Source: Parcubacteria bacterium C7867-004 (GTDB taxonomy: Bacteria; Patescibacteriota; Minisyncoccia; Phycocordibacterales; Phycocordibacteraceae). Taken from it: DNA of 64,000 nt. The translations under genes and the position numbers were made by a program. The stretch spans positions 17,605 to 81,604 of the forward strand of contig LFCN01000006.1 of the NCBI GenBank assembly GCA_001189075.1, read 5' to 3'. Below the pieces are notes generated by a model. It searched no databases. It was not told where the DNA came from and saw only the letters and a program-made list of their open reading frames with translations. Each line of letters starts with the position of its first letter. The stretch's first letter is position 1. Positions 56,259 to 64,000 of the stretch are shown here, piece by piece.

Positions 56259-57800
56259 CTATTCTTTGTCGATCGAGCACGATCGTGAAGAGGCAAGACG
56301 AGTGAGCTGCGTATAGAGCGACGACGGGTCTCCATCTCCCGTATCAACCGACTCCCGACTCACCAGCGCGAAGGCATCTGGGCTCGGGAGCACGAGTCCA
56401 TTATATTCATCGAATATGGTCGCGTAGGCCGCGGTCTGGTCTCCAGGAGCATTCTTAGCTGTCTGCATCTTCGCATTGATTGCATCTAGTGCCGAGAGAG
56501 AATTGGCTCCTGCCACGAGATTCTCGCCTGCTCTGGAGATGATCTGGTCAGGAGTAAGAGATTCGCTACCGAGGGTTAATGCCGTGCCTGGGCAGCGGCT
56601 CCGTACTCCTTCCGCCGCATCGCGGAGTCTGGTCCAGCCTGCATTGAAATCAGAGATATTGCGGCGCTGCTCGGTGAGTGTTTCTTCGAAACGTTCGCCG
56701 AGACTCTTCGTGACGTCATTCGTCTGGGTTGGGCTAGTTGCCTGGTCAAGCGGGGACACTCCTCCTCCAGAAGAAGGGCGTGACGAGCCTGAGAGGCCTC
56801 CTCCCCCATCCGAGCCAAGCAACTGCCCCATCAGCTGGTTCATGAGCGCGCCGATAATCTCGTTCAACTCATCCGCGGTAACAATCTTGTCGATGTTGGA
56901 ACCGAGAGTCTTATTGAGCTGCTCATGTATAACGCTACCTGGTGTCTTTACGGCATAGTCATAACAATCGTCTTGTTGGGCGAGCGACACGGTCTTCGTC
57001 TCGCTCAGGTTGCCGGTGGCGTTGCCGTTCTCGTCGACACTTAATCCCGAACCGATAGTTCGGAGCTCTACGTTGCTCGTGGTTGTCGTCGGAGCGGTCT
57101 TGCAGTCCCCGCGCCACTGCATAAAGCCACGGTTCCAGGAGAATTCCTGAAGACGATTTCCGGTCGCTTCCTCAACCTCGCCGGTGATGAAACGATTGAG
57201 GGCCATCTCGGCAGCATAGGGATTATTTTGCGGGTTCAGCGTTGATGAGATCCACGCGTTCCATCCACCTTTGGTGAACTCCCCCTGGAGGAATGCGCGG
57301 TCGTCCTCGCTCACCTGATTCAAGGTGTACGGGTACTTTGTGTAGAACGATTCCGGGCTGGTTGAGAGGTAGTACGCGAGACGCGCACCGTCGAGGATTC
57401 TGTCCTGGAAAGGTGTCGTTGCTATATCTTGATTCGAAAGCTCAGTGAAGAATCGCGACACTACCGCATCCCCCACTCCTCGCAGGTTATGTTTCAGATC
57501 GGTAACGAATGCAGGCGAGCCCTGAAAGCCGCTGTTAATCCAGTTCACGAGACTCTTCACGAGCGATTTACGCGCAAGCTCGATAACCTGCCACGCAAGA
57601 GTGTCGAGCACGAATTCCTTCGTCTTGCCGGCAGCGTCAGCGAAAGCCGACACGGTGTTCTGTACGAGATTCGTGACGTCGATGACGGGCAATCCGGCGT
57701 TTGCCTTCTGCGGGAGGGAGACCGTACCGACTGAGATAAGGATAGAGAGGCCGAGGACCGAAGCTATGATGCGCTGCGAGAATGTTGGTCCGCCGTCCAT
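56259..57800 (-). CDS. Secreted protein with VirB5/TrbJ-like N-terminal motif
   Basis: Signal peptide ending ANA followed by GLPVIDVTNL; VNWINSGF.G.PAFV, GGWNAW...P.NNPY, KTPGSVI; directly upstream of the VirB6-like gene. Confidence 0.55.
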   Translation of the reverse strand: MDGGPTFSQRIIASVLGLSILISVGTVSLPQKANAGLPVIDVTNLVQNTVSAFADAAGKTKEFVLDTLAWQVIELARKSLVKSLVNWINSGFQGSPAFVTDLKHNLRGVGDAVVSRFFTELSNQDIATTPFQDRILDGARLAYYLSTSPESFYTKYPYTLNQVSEDDRAFLQGEFTKGGWNAWISSTLNPQNNPYAAEMALNRFITGEVEEATGNRLQEFSWNRGFMQWRGDCKTAPTTTTSNVELRTIGSGLSVDENGNATGNLSETKTVSLAQQDDCYDYAVKTPGSVIHEQLNKTLGSNIDKIVTADELNEIIGALMNQLMGQLLGSDGGGGLSGSSRPSSGGGVSPLDQATSPTQTNDVTKSLGERFEETLTEQRRNISDFNAGWTRLRDAAEGVRSRCPGTALTLGSESLTPDQIISRAGENLVAGANSLSALDAINAKMQTAKNAPGDQTAAYATIFDEYNGLVLPSPDAFALVSRESVDTGDGDPSSLYTQLTRLASSRSCSIDKE

Positions 57801-57801
57801 A

Positions 57802-58803
57802 TTATTTATTTGCCGCAGCCGCGTCGCGGGCGGTCTTTATGATGTAGTACCCTTCCACTCCTTCAAGCGGTGTGACCTGTAGAGCCTCGAATACGCCGCT
57901 CAAGCCTGCGAACGAAGCGACCACTCGAGCACCGTACGTTTCGTAGAGCGCGATACCCATGAGTGCCCGTATCGGATCTTCGTTCATGGTGCTCATGTCT
58001 TCGCTCATCTCGCCCATGTGGATGAGCGCGTTCACGATGGCGAGGTGCGACTGCGCTATCTCGTCGGGCACCGGGATCTTGATGAGCGCGTTCGCGATGT
58101 TCTCGTATGCCTTCGCTACGTCCTTGAGCTTCTTGAGCGACTCGTTGTCGCCTTTTATCGCACGTCCGAAGTACACCAGCTCGTTCTGATCGGAAGGAAC
58201 GGTGTTCTCCGCAAACGCCTGTTCGGCCGCAATCGCGTACGCGCGTGCTGCAGATGCGCCCGTCTCACCTGACCGTTTAACGTCCTTGGCGCTATAAGTG
58301 TCTGGTGCGGCGCTGGTTTCCGAAAGATTCTGAACGCCGGCCTCGACGAATGAGACAATCTCGTCGGTTGTAGGAGGAGTCGATCCCCGATTCGTCATGT
58401 ACTGCTTGAAGAGCGCCTGCGCGAAGCGGTCTGTGAGCGAGTTCGGTGCAGCGGCGGTTCCGGGTATTGAGTCGATGTCAGTTTCCTCAGGAGCCGGTGC
58501 TACTTCCACCTTCGGCTGTATGAGTCCTTGCGCTACCGCGTCGCCGTCGAGCACGCCCTTCTTAAACGACTCAGCCTCGTTCGGATCAGTTCCGTAGAGT
58601 GCCTCCTGCCAATCGAGGAGCCCATCTTGGTCCGTATCCTTCGAGGCGTATTCGCGCAAAAGCTCCTGCGAGTTCTCCGCATTCGCCACCAGAATGTTCC
58701 CGAAGAACGGAACAGGACCCGAAAGCACGTACGAACCCGCCATCATCACGACAGCAATAAACGAGGCAGCTATGATGCGGATGGTCGGTGCCGAATGAGC
58801 CAT
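57802..58803 (-). CDS. Anchored protein with DxDxDG Ca-binding (TSP3-like) motif
   Basis: TM/signal, KDTDQDGLLDWQEALYGTDP, helical C-terminus. Start at ATG 58803 or 58830. Confidence 0.65.
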   Translation of the reverse strand: MAHSAPTIRIIAASFIAVVMMAGSYVLSGPVPFFGNILVANAENSQELLREYASKDTDQDGLLDWQEALYGTDPNEAESFKKGVLDGDAVAQGLIQPKVEVAPAPEETDIDSIPGTAAAPNSLTDRFAQALFKQYMTNRGSTPPTTDEIVSFVEAGVQNLSETSAAPDTYSAKDVKRSGETGASAARAYAIAAEQAFAENTVPSDQNELVYFGRAIKGDNESLKKLKDVAKAYENIANALIKIPVPDEIAQSHLAIVNALIHMGEMSEDMSTMNEDPIRALMGIALYETYGARVVASFAGLSGVFEALQVTPLEGVEGYYIIKTARDAAAANK

Positions 58804-58882
58804 AATCCTTAGCAAAATAATAGCACGCACGACTCATCCGCTCTTCACCTATAAAGGTATGTGCACTGTGCACACCGCGAAG

Positions 58883-59656
58883 CTATATCTTCGTCGCGAG
58901 CGCGAGCCATGTCGAAAGCGAAAGATCCTCGGCACGCACTGTCGGTGCTATTCCCGCGGCGGCCAACGCATCCGCAACTGCTTTCTTCGACGCAAGGTCC
59001 TCGAGGTTGTTGCCCAGCTGCTTCCGTTTGTGCGCGAATCCTGCATGAAGTACCTCGAAAAAGCGGTCTTCACGGGCGGAATCACTAAATGATTCCTTGG
59101 ATATATCCCGAATATGAAGGACGGCCGAATCAACGTTTGGGGCCGGGCGAAAGGCGCCTCGGGGGACCGTGAATACATAGGAAGGCGTTCCATATGCCTT
59201 AACGGAGAGCGAAAGCAGGCTCTCCTTCTTCGAGCGAGCGATCCGTTCAGCCACCTCTTTCTGCACTAGAAGGGTCATGGAACTCGGCTGATTGTTCGCG
59301 GTTAGGAACTGACGGATGATCTCGCCGGTTATGTAGTACGGGATATTAGCTACAACCGCATAGGGTTTTGGTATCGACCCGGCATCGAAATTCCGTATGT
59401 CTCCTTGTGAAAGGGTCAGTCTCCCCTCCCCGATCTCAGGCGCGAACGTGCCTTCGAGCGTCTCGATAAGCGCGTGATCTGCTTCTACCGCGATAACCTG
59501 CGCGCCTGACGCGAGCAGCGCGCGCGTGAGCATGCCGGTTCCGGGACCTACCTCAAGCACGGTATCTCCAGGAGCGAGTCCCGCCGCCGCAACGATACGG
59601 TCAGCCGTCTGCTGATGCATCAGGAAGTTCTGCCCGAGGGATTTCTTCGCAAACAT
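58883..59656 (-). CDS. rsmA: 16S rRNA m6,2A dimethyltransferase
   Basis: KKSLGQNFL, EVGPGTGMLT, ANIPYYIT, QKEVAER, FRPAPNVDSA, KRKQL. Confidence 0.96.
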   Translation of the reverse strand: MFAKKSLGQNFLMHQQTADRIVAAAGLAPGDTVLEVGPGTGMLTRALLASGAQVIAVEADHALIETLEGTFAPEIGEGRLTLSQGDIRNFDAGSIPKPYAVVANIPYYITGEIIRQFLTANNQPSSMTLLVQKEVAERIARSKKESLLSLSVKAYGTPSYVFTVPRGAFRPAPNVDSAVLHIRDISKESFSDSAREDRFFEVLHAGFAHKRKQLGNNLEDLASKKAVADALAAAGIAPTVRAEDLSLSTWLALATKI

Positions 59657-59658
59657 AC

Positions 59659-61584
59659 TTAGAATATGTGTATCACGTCTTCAATATAGGGATCGTTCTC
59701 GCCTTCCGAATAGGAGACGAGGCTCTCGTCGATGTCGCGAAGGAATGAGGACGGCTCGGAGAAGAAGTCGGTGCCATAGATGCGACGGACACGCGCGAAC
59801 GTAAGGTACAGACGACGCTTCGCACGCGTAACCGCAACATAGAACAGTCGGCGCTCTTCTTCCTCGTCGCGCTTCTCGTCGTCATGACCTGAATGCGGGA
59901 AGAGTCCTTCCTCCATGCCGGTTACGAACACCGTATCGAACTCGAGTCCTTTCGCAGCGTGAACCGTCATAAGGGTTACGCCTCCCTTCACTCCATTGGC
60001 TAGTGGTGCATCCATCTCATCCTGGTCTCCGGCGAGCGCGGACTCAGCGAGGAATGCGGCAAGACCTTCTTCGCCGGGAAGCATGTCGAAGCGACTTGCA
60101 AGCGTGGCGAGCTCTTTAGCGTTCTCAAGTCGTTCCTGGTCTTCCTCCCCGCCCTTCTGGAGGCTTGCTGCCATCCCGGACTTCTCGATAACGAGCTTCA
60201 CGAACGCGGACGGGATTGCTACCTTCGCCGTGTCGGCCAGTTCCTCGACCAGTCGCTCGAATGTCTCGACTTTAGCTCGCTCCGCGGGCTTCAATTCCCC
60301 TCGTTTCCCTTCCGTTAACTTTCCGAGCGTTACTTTCCCGATTCCGCGCGTTGGCGATTGCACGGCGCGCATGCGATCCGCTTCGCGCGTCGGATCAAGC
60401 GCGAGTCTGACCCAGGCGAGCACATCCTTCACTTCCTTGCGATCAAGGAACCGCGTACCGAGGACCTTGTACGGCACTCCCGCTCCGAGGAACGCTTCTT
60501 CGAGCGCCCGCGACTGGAAGTTAGTCCGGAACAATACCGCGATATCTTCAGGCTTCGTTCCTGCACGGATACTGGTCTGTATCTGTCGCGCGACGAAGCG
60601 CGCTTCCTGTTCCGCATTCCCCGCCTGGTACAGCCGTATCGGTTCCCCGTCGGGGTTATCGGTTACCGCATGCTTCTCTTTGCGATTGCGGTTCTTCTCG
60701 ATGATCTGGTTCCCCGCCGCAACGATCGTCTTAGTCGAGCGGTAGTTATGCGCGAGCACGATGGTCTTGGCGGAAGGATACGTTTCATCGAAACCAAGGA
60801 GGTTCTCGATGGTCGCTCCGCGCCAGGTATAGATCGTCTGATCGATGTCTCCCACTACGAACAGGTTCTTATGCGTCGCTGACAGATACCCTGCGAGCGT
60901 TCCTTGGAGACCGTTGGTGTCCTGGTACTCGTCTACGTGCACGTGCGAGAAGAGTTCCTGTGCCTGCGCACGGACATCTTCGTGATCACGTAGTAATCGG
61001 ACCGGAAGCGATATGAGATCATCGAAGTCGAGCGCTTTCTCTTTGCGCACTATCGCTTCGTAGCGGGGCCATACTTCTGATACCACCCTCGAGTTGAAGC
61101 TCGCCCGCCCGTGCTTCTCCTTGAACTGTTCCGGCGTGTTCCCCTCCCCTTTCTCTTTCGAGATGCGTGAGAGAACGAACCCAGGCGAGAGCTCCTTCGG
61201 ATCGATATCCATCTCTTTCAGCACCTGCTTGATTGCGGCTTTCGAATCATCCCGATCGAATATCGTGAAATAGCGCGGGACGTTTACGCGGGTGCCGTAC
61301 CGCTGCAGGAGCTCGCGGCCGAGTCCGTGGAACGTAGCCACGAATGGCAACGGCGCGTCCCCGAGCCGTTCCGACAGGCGTTCCCGCATCTCCCTCGCCG
61401 CCTTGTTCGTGAACGTTACGGCGAGTATGCGGTTTGCGGGAACCCCCTCGCGGATGAGGTGGTAGATACGCGTGGTTAGCACCCTCGTCTTCCCCGATCC
61501 GGCTCCCGCAAGCACCGAAACCGGACCATCTATGGTCAAAACCGCTTCCCGCTGCGCATCGTTAAGGCCCTCAAGGTACTGCAT
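59659..61584 (-). CDS. pcrA: UvrD/PcrA family DNA helicase
   Basis: LAGAGSGKT, TFTNKAAREM, VDEYQDTN, VGDIDQTIY.WRGA, NYRS, TVHAAKGLEF, EERRLFYVAVTRA. Confidence 0.93.
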   Translation of the reverse strand: MQYLEGLNDAQREAVLTIDGPVSVLAGAGSGKTRVLTTRIYHLIREGVPANRILAVTFTNKAAREMRERLSERLGDAPLPFVATFHGLGRELLQRYGTRVNVPRYFTIFDRDDSKAAIKQVLKEMDIDPKELSPGFVLSRISKEKGEGNTPEQFKEKHGRASFNSRVVSEVWPRYEAIVRKEKALDFDDLISLPVRLLRDHEDVRAQAQELFSHVHVDEYQDTNGLQGTLAGYLSATHKNLFVVGDIDQTIYTWRGATIENLLGFDETYPSAKTIVLAHNYRSTKTIVAAGNQIIEKNRNRKEKHAVTDNPDGEPIRLYQAGNAEQEARFVARQIQTSIRAGTKPEDIAVLFRTNFQSRALEEAFLGAGVPYKVLGTRFLDRKEVKDVLAWVRLALDPTREADRMRAVQSPTRGIGKVTLGKLTEGKRGELKPAERAKVETFERLVEELADTAKVAIPSAFVKLVIEKSGMAASLQKGGEEDQERLENAKELATLASRFDMLPGEEGLAAFLAESALAGDQDEMDAPLANGVKGGVTLMTVHAAKGLEFDTVFVTGMEEGLFPHSGHDDEKRDEEEERRLFYVAVTRAKRRLYLTFARVRRIYGTDFFSEPSSFLRDIDESLVSYSEGENDPYIEDVIHIF

Positions 61585-61709
61585 TGTTCCGTCACTATAA
61601 CGCGGAGCAGTATTTCCTTCCTAACTAGTGTATTCTGGCCAAGTATTACGCAACTCTTTTGACATTTTGTCCCTATTTTCGCTCTCCACTTCCTTCATGA
61701 ACGCCCTGG

Positions 61710-61737
61710 TTGACCCTCCCTGCCCAGCGTTTATACT
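61710..61737 (+). promoter_or_regulatory. Putative sigma70 promoter for the M23 peptidase gene
   Basis: TTGACC (61710-61715), 16-nt spacer, TATACT (61732-61737). Confidence 0.5.
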
Positions 61738-61861
61738 ATCTTCATCGAGTGAACCTCTGACACGCAAGGATGGCTTATGTAAGCCATTTTGTATTCTGAA
61801 GAACGACTGAATATTCCCTGTTTCCTCTATCCCAGACCCTCTCAACCTTGTCGACTCCCCA

Positions 61862-62953
61862 GTGCTCAATGCGAGCCGACATGCATACTGGATTCCTGGC
61901 GCTCTAATCGCCGCAAGCCTCCTTCTGGGGATAGGAATCACCCTCACCCCGACTGCTGCGGGAGCCTTCTGGCCATTTTCAATAACGAACGCATCGGAAT
62001 CCTCCCCGATGCTCCACGACAGCAGCATCGACCTGCTTGAAGCCGCTACGAACTCCGATCCGAACCCTGCCAAGGGTAGCGGCGACATACTTACGACCGG
62101 AGGATCGGCCCTTATCGCGTATAGCGGCCCGGGCGGGACCATCGTGAACATCGACAAGAGCGTTACGGGAGGCCGCATCTCGAGCTACACCGTCCGTGAA
62201 GGCGATTCCCTCTCCGATATCGCAGACATGTTTGACGTTTCGGTAAACACCATACTCTGGGCGAACAATCTGACCGCCAAGAGTGCCATCGCTCCAGGAA
62301 GCACTCTTATCATCCTGCCGGTCTCCGGTCTTCGCCACACCATCACGTCAGGCGAGACGCTCGCGAGCCTCGCGAAGGATTACGGATCGGATGCGGACGA
62401 GATCGCCTCGTATAACGGTCTCGAGGCGGGAAGCGGCCTTACCAAGGGACAGAGCATCATCATTCCTGGAGGCGAGATAAAGGCACCGGCTAAGACTGTC
62501 GCGAAGGCAGCCGCTAAGGCGAAGACGGTTGCGAAGGCCAAGATTCGTACGGGTGGTGCCATGGGCAGCATCCTTCCTACGGGAGACACGAGCAATGCGG
62601 CGTCGAGCGGATTCGCGAATCCGGTACCGGCAGGTCGCCTTTCTCAGGGCATCCATGGGTGGAACGGTGTCGACCTCGCTGCCCCGAATGGCAGCCCTAT
62701 CTACGCAGCTTCGGGAGGTACCGTTATTATCTCTCGCATAGGCGGATGGAACGGCGGATACGGCAACTACGTCGTTATCGACCATGGCAATAACGTGCAG
62801 ACGCTGTACTCGCACATGAGCACCGACCTGGTCTCTGTCGGACAGTCGGTAGCTCGCGGCGAGCAGATAGGCTCGGTCGGCAAGACCGGTGAAGCAACCG
62901 GCTTCCATCTCCACTTCGAGGTGCGAGGCGCGAAGAATCCATTCGGGAACTAA
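61862..62953 (+). CDS. LysM-LysM-M23 peptidoglycan endopeptidase
   Basis: Two LysM domains (YTVREGDSLSDIA; HTITSGETLASLA), HxxxD (HGWNGVD), YSHM, HLHFEV. Start codon uncertain. Confidence 0.92.
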   Translation: MLNASRHAYWIPGALIAASLLLGIGITLTPTAAGAFWPFSITNASESSPMLHDSSIDLLEAATNSDPNPAKGSGDILTTGGSALIAYSGPGGTIVNIDKSVTGGRISSYTVREGDSLSDIADMFDVSVNTILWANNLTAKSAIAPGSTLIILPVSGLRHTITSGETLASLAKDYGSDADEIASYNGLEAGSGLTKGQSIIIPGGEIKAPAKTVAKAAAKAKTVAKAKIRTGGAMGSILPTGDTSNAASSGFANPVPAGRLSQGIHGWNGVDLAAPNGSPIYAASGGTVIISRIGGWNGGYGNYVVIDHGNNVQTLYSHMSTDLVSVGQSVARGEQIGSVGKTGEATGFHLHFEVRGAKNPFGN

Positions 62954-62969
62954 GACGGGAATCTCATAC

Positions 62970-63004
62970 AAACTAAAAGCCGCGGTTATCGCGGCTTTTA
63001 GTTT
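62970..63004. terminator. Bidirectional terminator
   Basis: AAACTAAAAGCCGCG-GTTAT-CGCGGCTTTTAGTTT. Confidence 0.8.
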
Positions 63005-63019
63005 CCTACATCTCAACGC

Positions 63020-63373
63020 CTATGTGTTCAGGTGTGCCTTGCAGGTAGTCGCTGCGGCGTCAGCGGCGAGACGATCTTCCTCGATCATCTCACCCGATAC
63101 GGTGCATACGCCGTAGGTCCCTTCGTCGATTCGAGCGAGCGCGGCGAGCACTTCGTTATAGCGGATCTCGAGATCCTTGAGAATCGCCGTGTTGTCCTCG
63201 TAGTGCGATATGAGGTCAGCTGCATCATTCGGATCTGATTCCTGGCCGGTCTCCTGCGGAAGGGCTTCCCAATCGTTCGGGTTCTCTGGGTTCCTCCGGC
63301 CGATGGTTGCGAGCTCTGCTTCAAGGTTCGCCTTCTCGTCAACGAGAGCGGCACGGTACGGTTCTGTATTCAT
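63020..63373 (-). CDS. TraR/DksA family transcription factor
   Basis: Coiled coil with DPNDAA tip (DxxDxA), ALARIDEGTYGVC...G..I...RL...TTC. Confidence 0.88.
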   Translation of the reverse strand: MNTEPYRAALVDEKANLEAELATIGRRNPENPNDWEALPQETGQESDPNDAADLISHYEDNTAILKDLEIRYNEVLAALARIDEGTYGVCTVSGEMIEEDRLAADAAATTCKAHLNT

Positions 63374-63427
63374 TGCGCGTACTGTAGCACACGAACGTGC
63401 GTCGTTAAAAGCGAGCAGCAGCAGCCG

Positions 63428-64000
63428 TTATTTGCTGGTTTTCAGTCGCTGAAGAAGTGCCTCGAATGCTGCTTCGTTGCGGGCGATGAGGAGGGTTCCT
63501 TTGTCCGCATAGCCGTACAGTATGAGTGAGCGTCCGCTCGTATCCTTCAGTACGCGAACGTCGCGATTGGCGACTACGGCATCCGAGAACCGGGTCTGTG
63601 CCTGCGCCTGAACGCTGATCGGTTGGGTCGTCGGGGTCGTACTAGCTTGTGGCGTTGATGTCGAGACTGCTGGCACGGGTACCACCACGGTCTCTGCAGG
63701 GAAGAGCGGGTACAGGGAGGCAAGATCACGTTCCATGAGCGGCTCCCAGGTGAGCATGCCGGCATAGGTTCGTTCATAGGAATCAACACGAAGCGCGAAG
63801 AACGGACGTGTTTCCCCTGCGCTTATGACGCCCACCGTACTTTCTGAAGCGATGTTGCGGAGCAGGATGTCCGGTGCGGGAAGTTCCAGTGCCTCGATAA
63901 GTACTCCTCCGGCAGCTGGTTTGCGAAGCGGTATTCCCTTCGTATCCGATACCGATTCGGTGACATAGGTCACGAGAACGTTTCCGGCAACCACTCCCCC
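63428..64000 (-). CDS. Hypothetical protein (3' part; starts beyond the window)
   Basis: Frame stays open to the window edge; YAGMLTWE..M and FSDAVVANRDVRVL...LYGYAD...LLIA motifs. Confidence 0.6.
   Translation of the reverse strand, partial: GGVVAGNVLVTYVTESVSDTKGIPLRKPAAGGVLIEALELPAPDILLRNIASESTVGVISAGETRPFFALRVDSYERTYAGMLTWEPLMERDLASLYPLFPAETVVVPVPAVSTSTPQASTTPTTQPISVQAQAQTRFSDAVVANRDVRVLKDTSGRSLILYGYADKGTLLIARNEAAFEALLQRLKTSK

Noticed and set aside
46104-58803. VirB4/PrgI cluster as an integrative conjugative element
   Set aside because: No relaxase, integrase or flanking repeats; embedded among core origin-proximal genes.
1-64000. CRISPR array, rRNA, transposase or alternative genetic code
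   Set aside because: No regularly spaced repeats or such genes seen. Conserved genes translate full-length under code 11 and TGA serves as a stop (for example ruvB, tmk).
1-64000. Visually frequent TCGA/CTCGAG words as a HIP1-like repeat or uptake sequence
   Set aside because: Plausibly explained by codon preference (CTC/ATC/TTC/GTC followed by GAx); over-representation cannot be shown without a codon-aware count.

Overview
A core-chromosome segment of a Candidate Phyla Radiation (Patescibacteria, most likely Parcubacteria) bacterium that spans the dnaA/dnaN replication-origin region. The lineage call is inferred from gene content and order: rplK with no rplA beside it, alpha2 GlyRS, a pilMNO block, a PrgI/VirB4/VirB6 cluster and compact genes. 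The window holds four aminoacyl-tRNA synthetases (metG partial, glyQS, ileS, argS), a folate/pyrimidine cluster, secE-nusG-rplK, nine tRNA genes, type IV pilus genes, ruvABC, polA, PBP1A, dnaA-dnaN, rpmH-rnpA-yidC, a T4SS-like membrane cluster, rsmA, pcrA, an M23 peptidase and dksA. I found no CRISPR array, integrase, transposase or rRNA. The top finding is the divergent cluster glyA-tmk-dut-dCMP deaminase <-> thyA-like-dcd-like-folA. Its ThyA homolog has Asp at the conserved dUMP-specifying Asn and Pro at the His after the catalytic Cys, which is a dCMP-methylase signature. Its Dcd homolog lacks the catalytic Glu. Together these suggest a non-canonical route to thymidylate through 5-methyl-dCMP (dCTP -> dCMP -> m5dCMP -> dTMP); this is a hypothesis. 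Other findings: an unannotated ~173-nt 6S-like RNA, a stand-alone 37-aa hyper-acidic micropeptide, an IleRS with an inserted histidine-phosphatase domain and a GxHH motif, a terminator-like leader before secE-nusG, and widespread leaderless promoter architecture. All calls come from manual reading; no searches were run.
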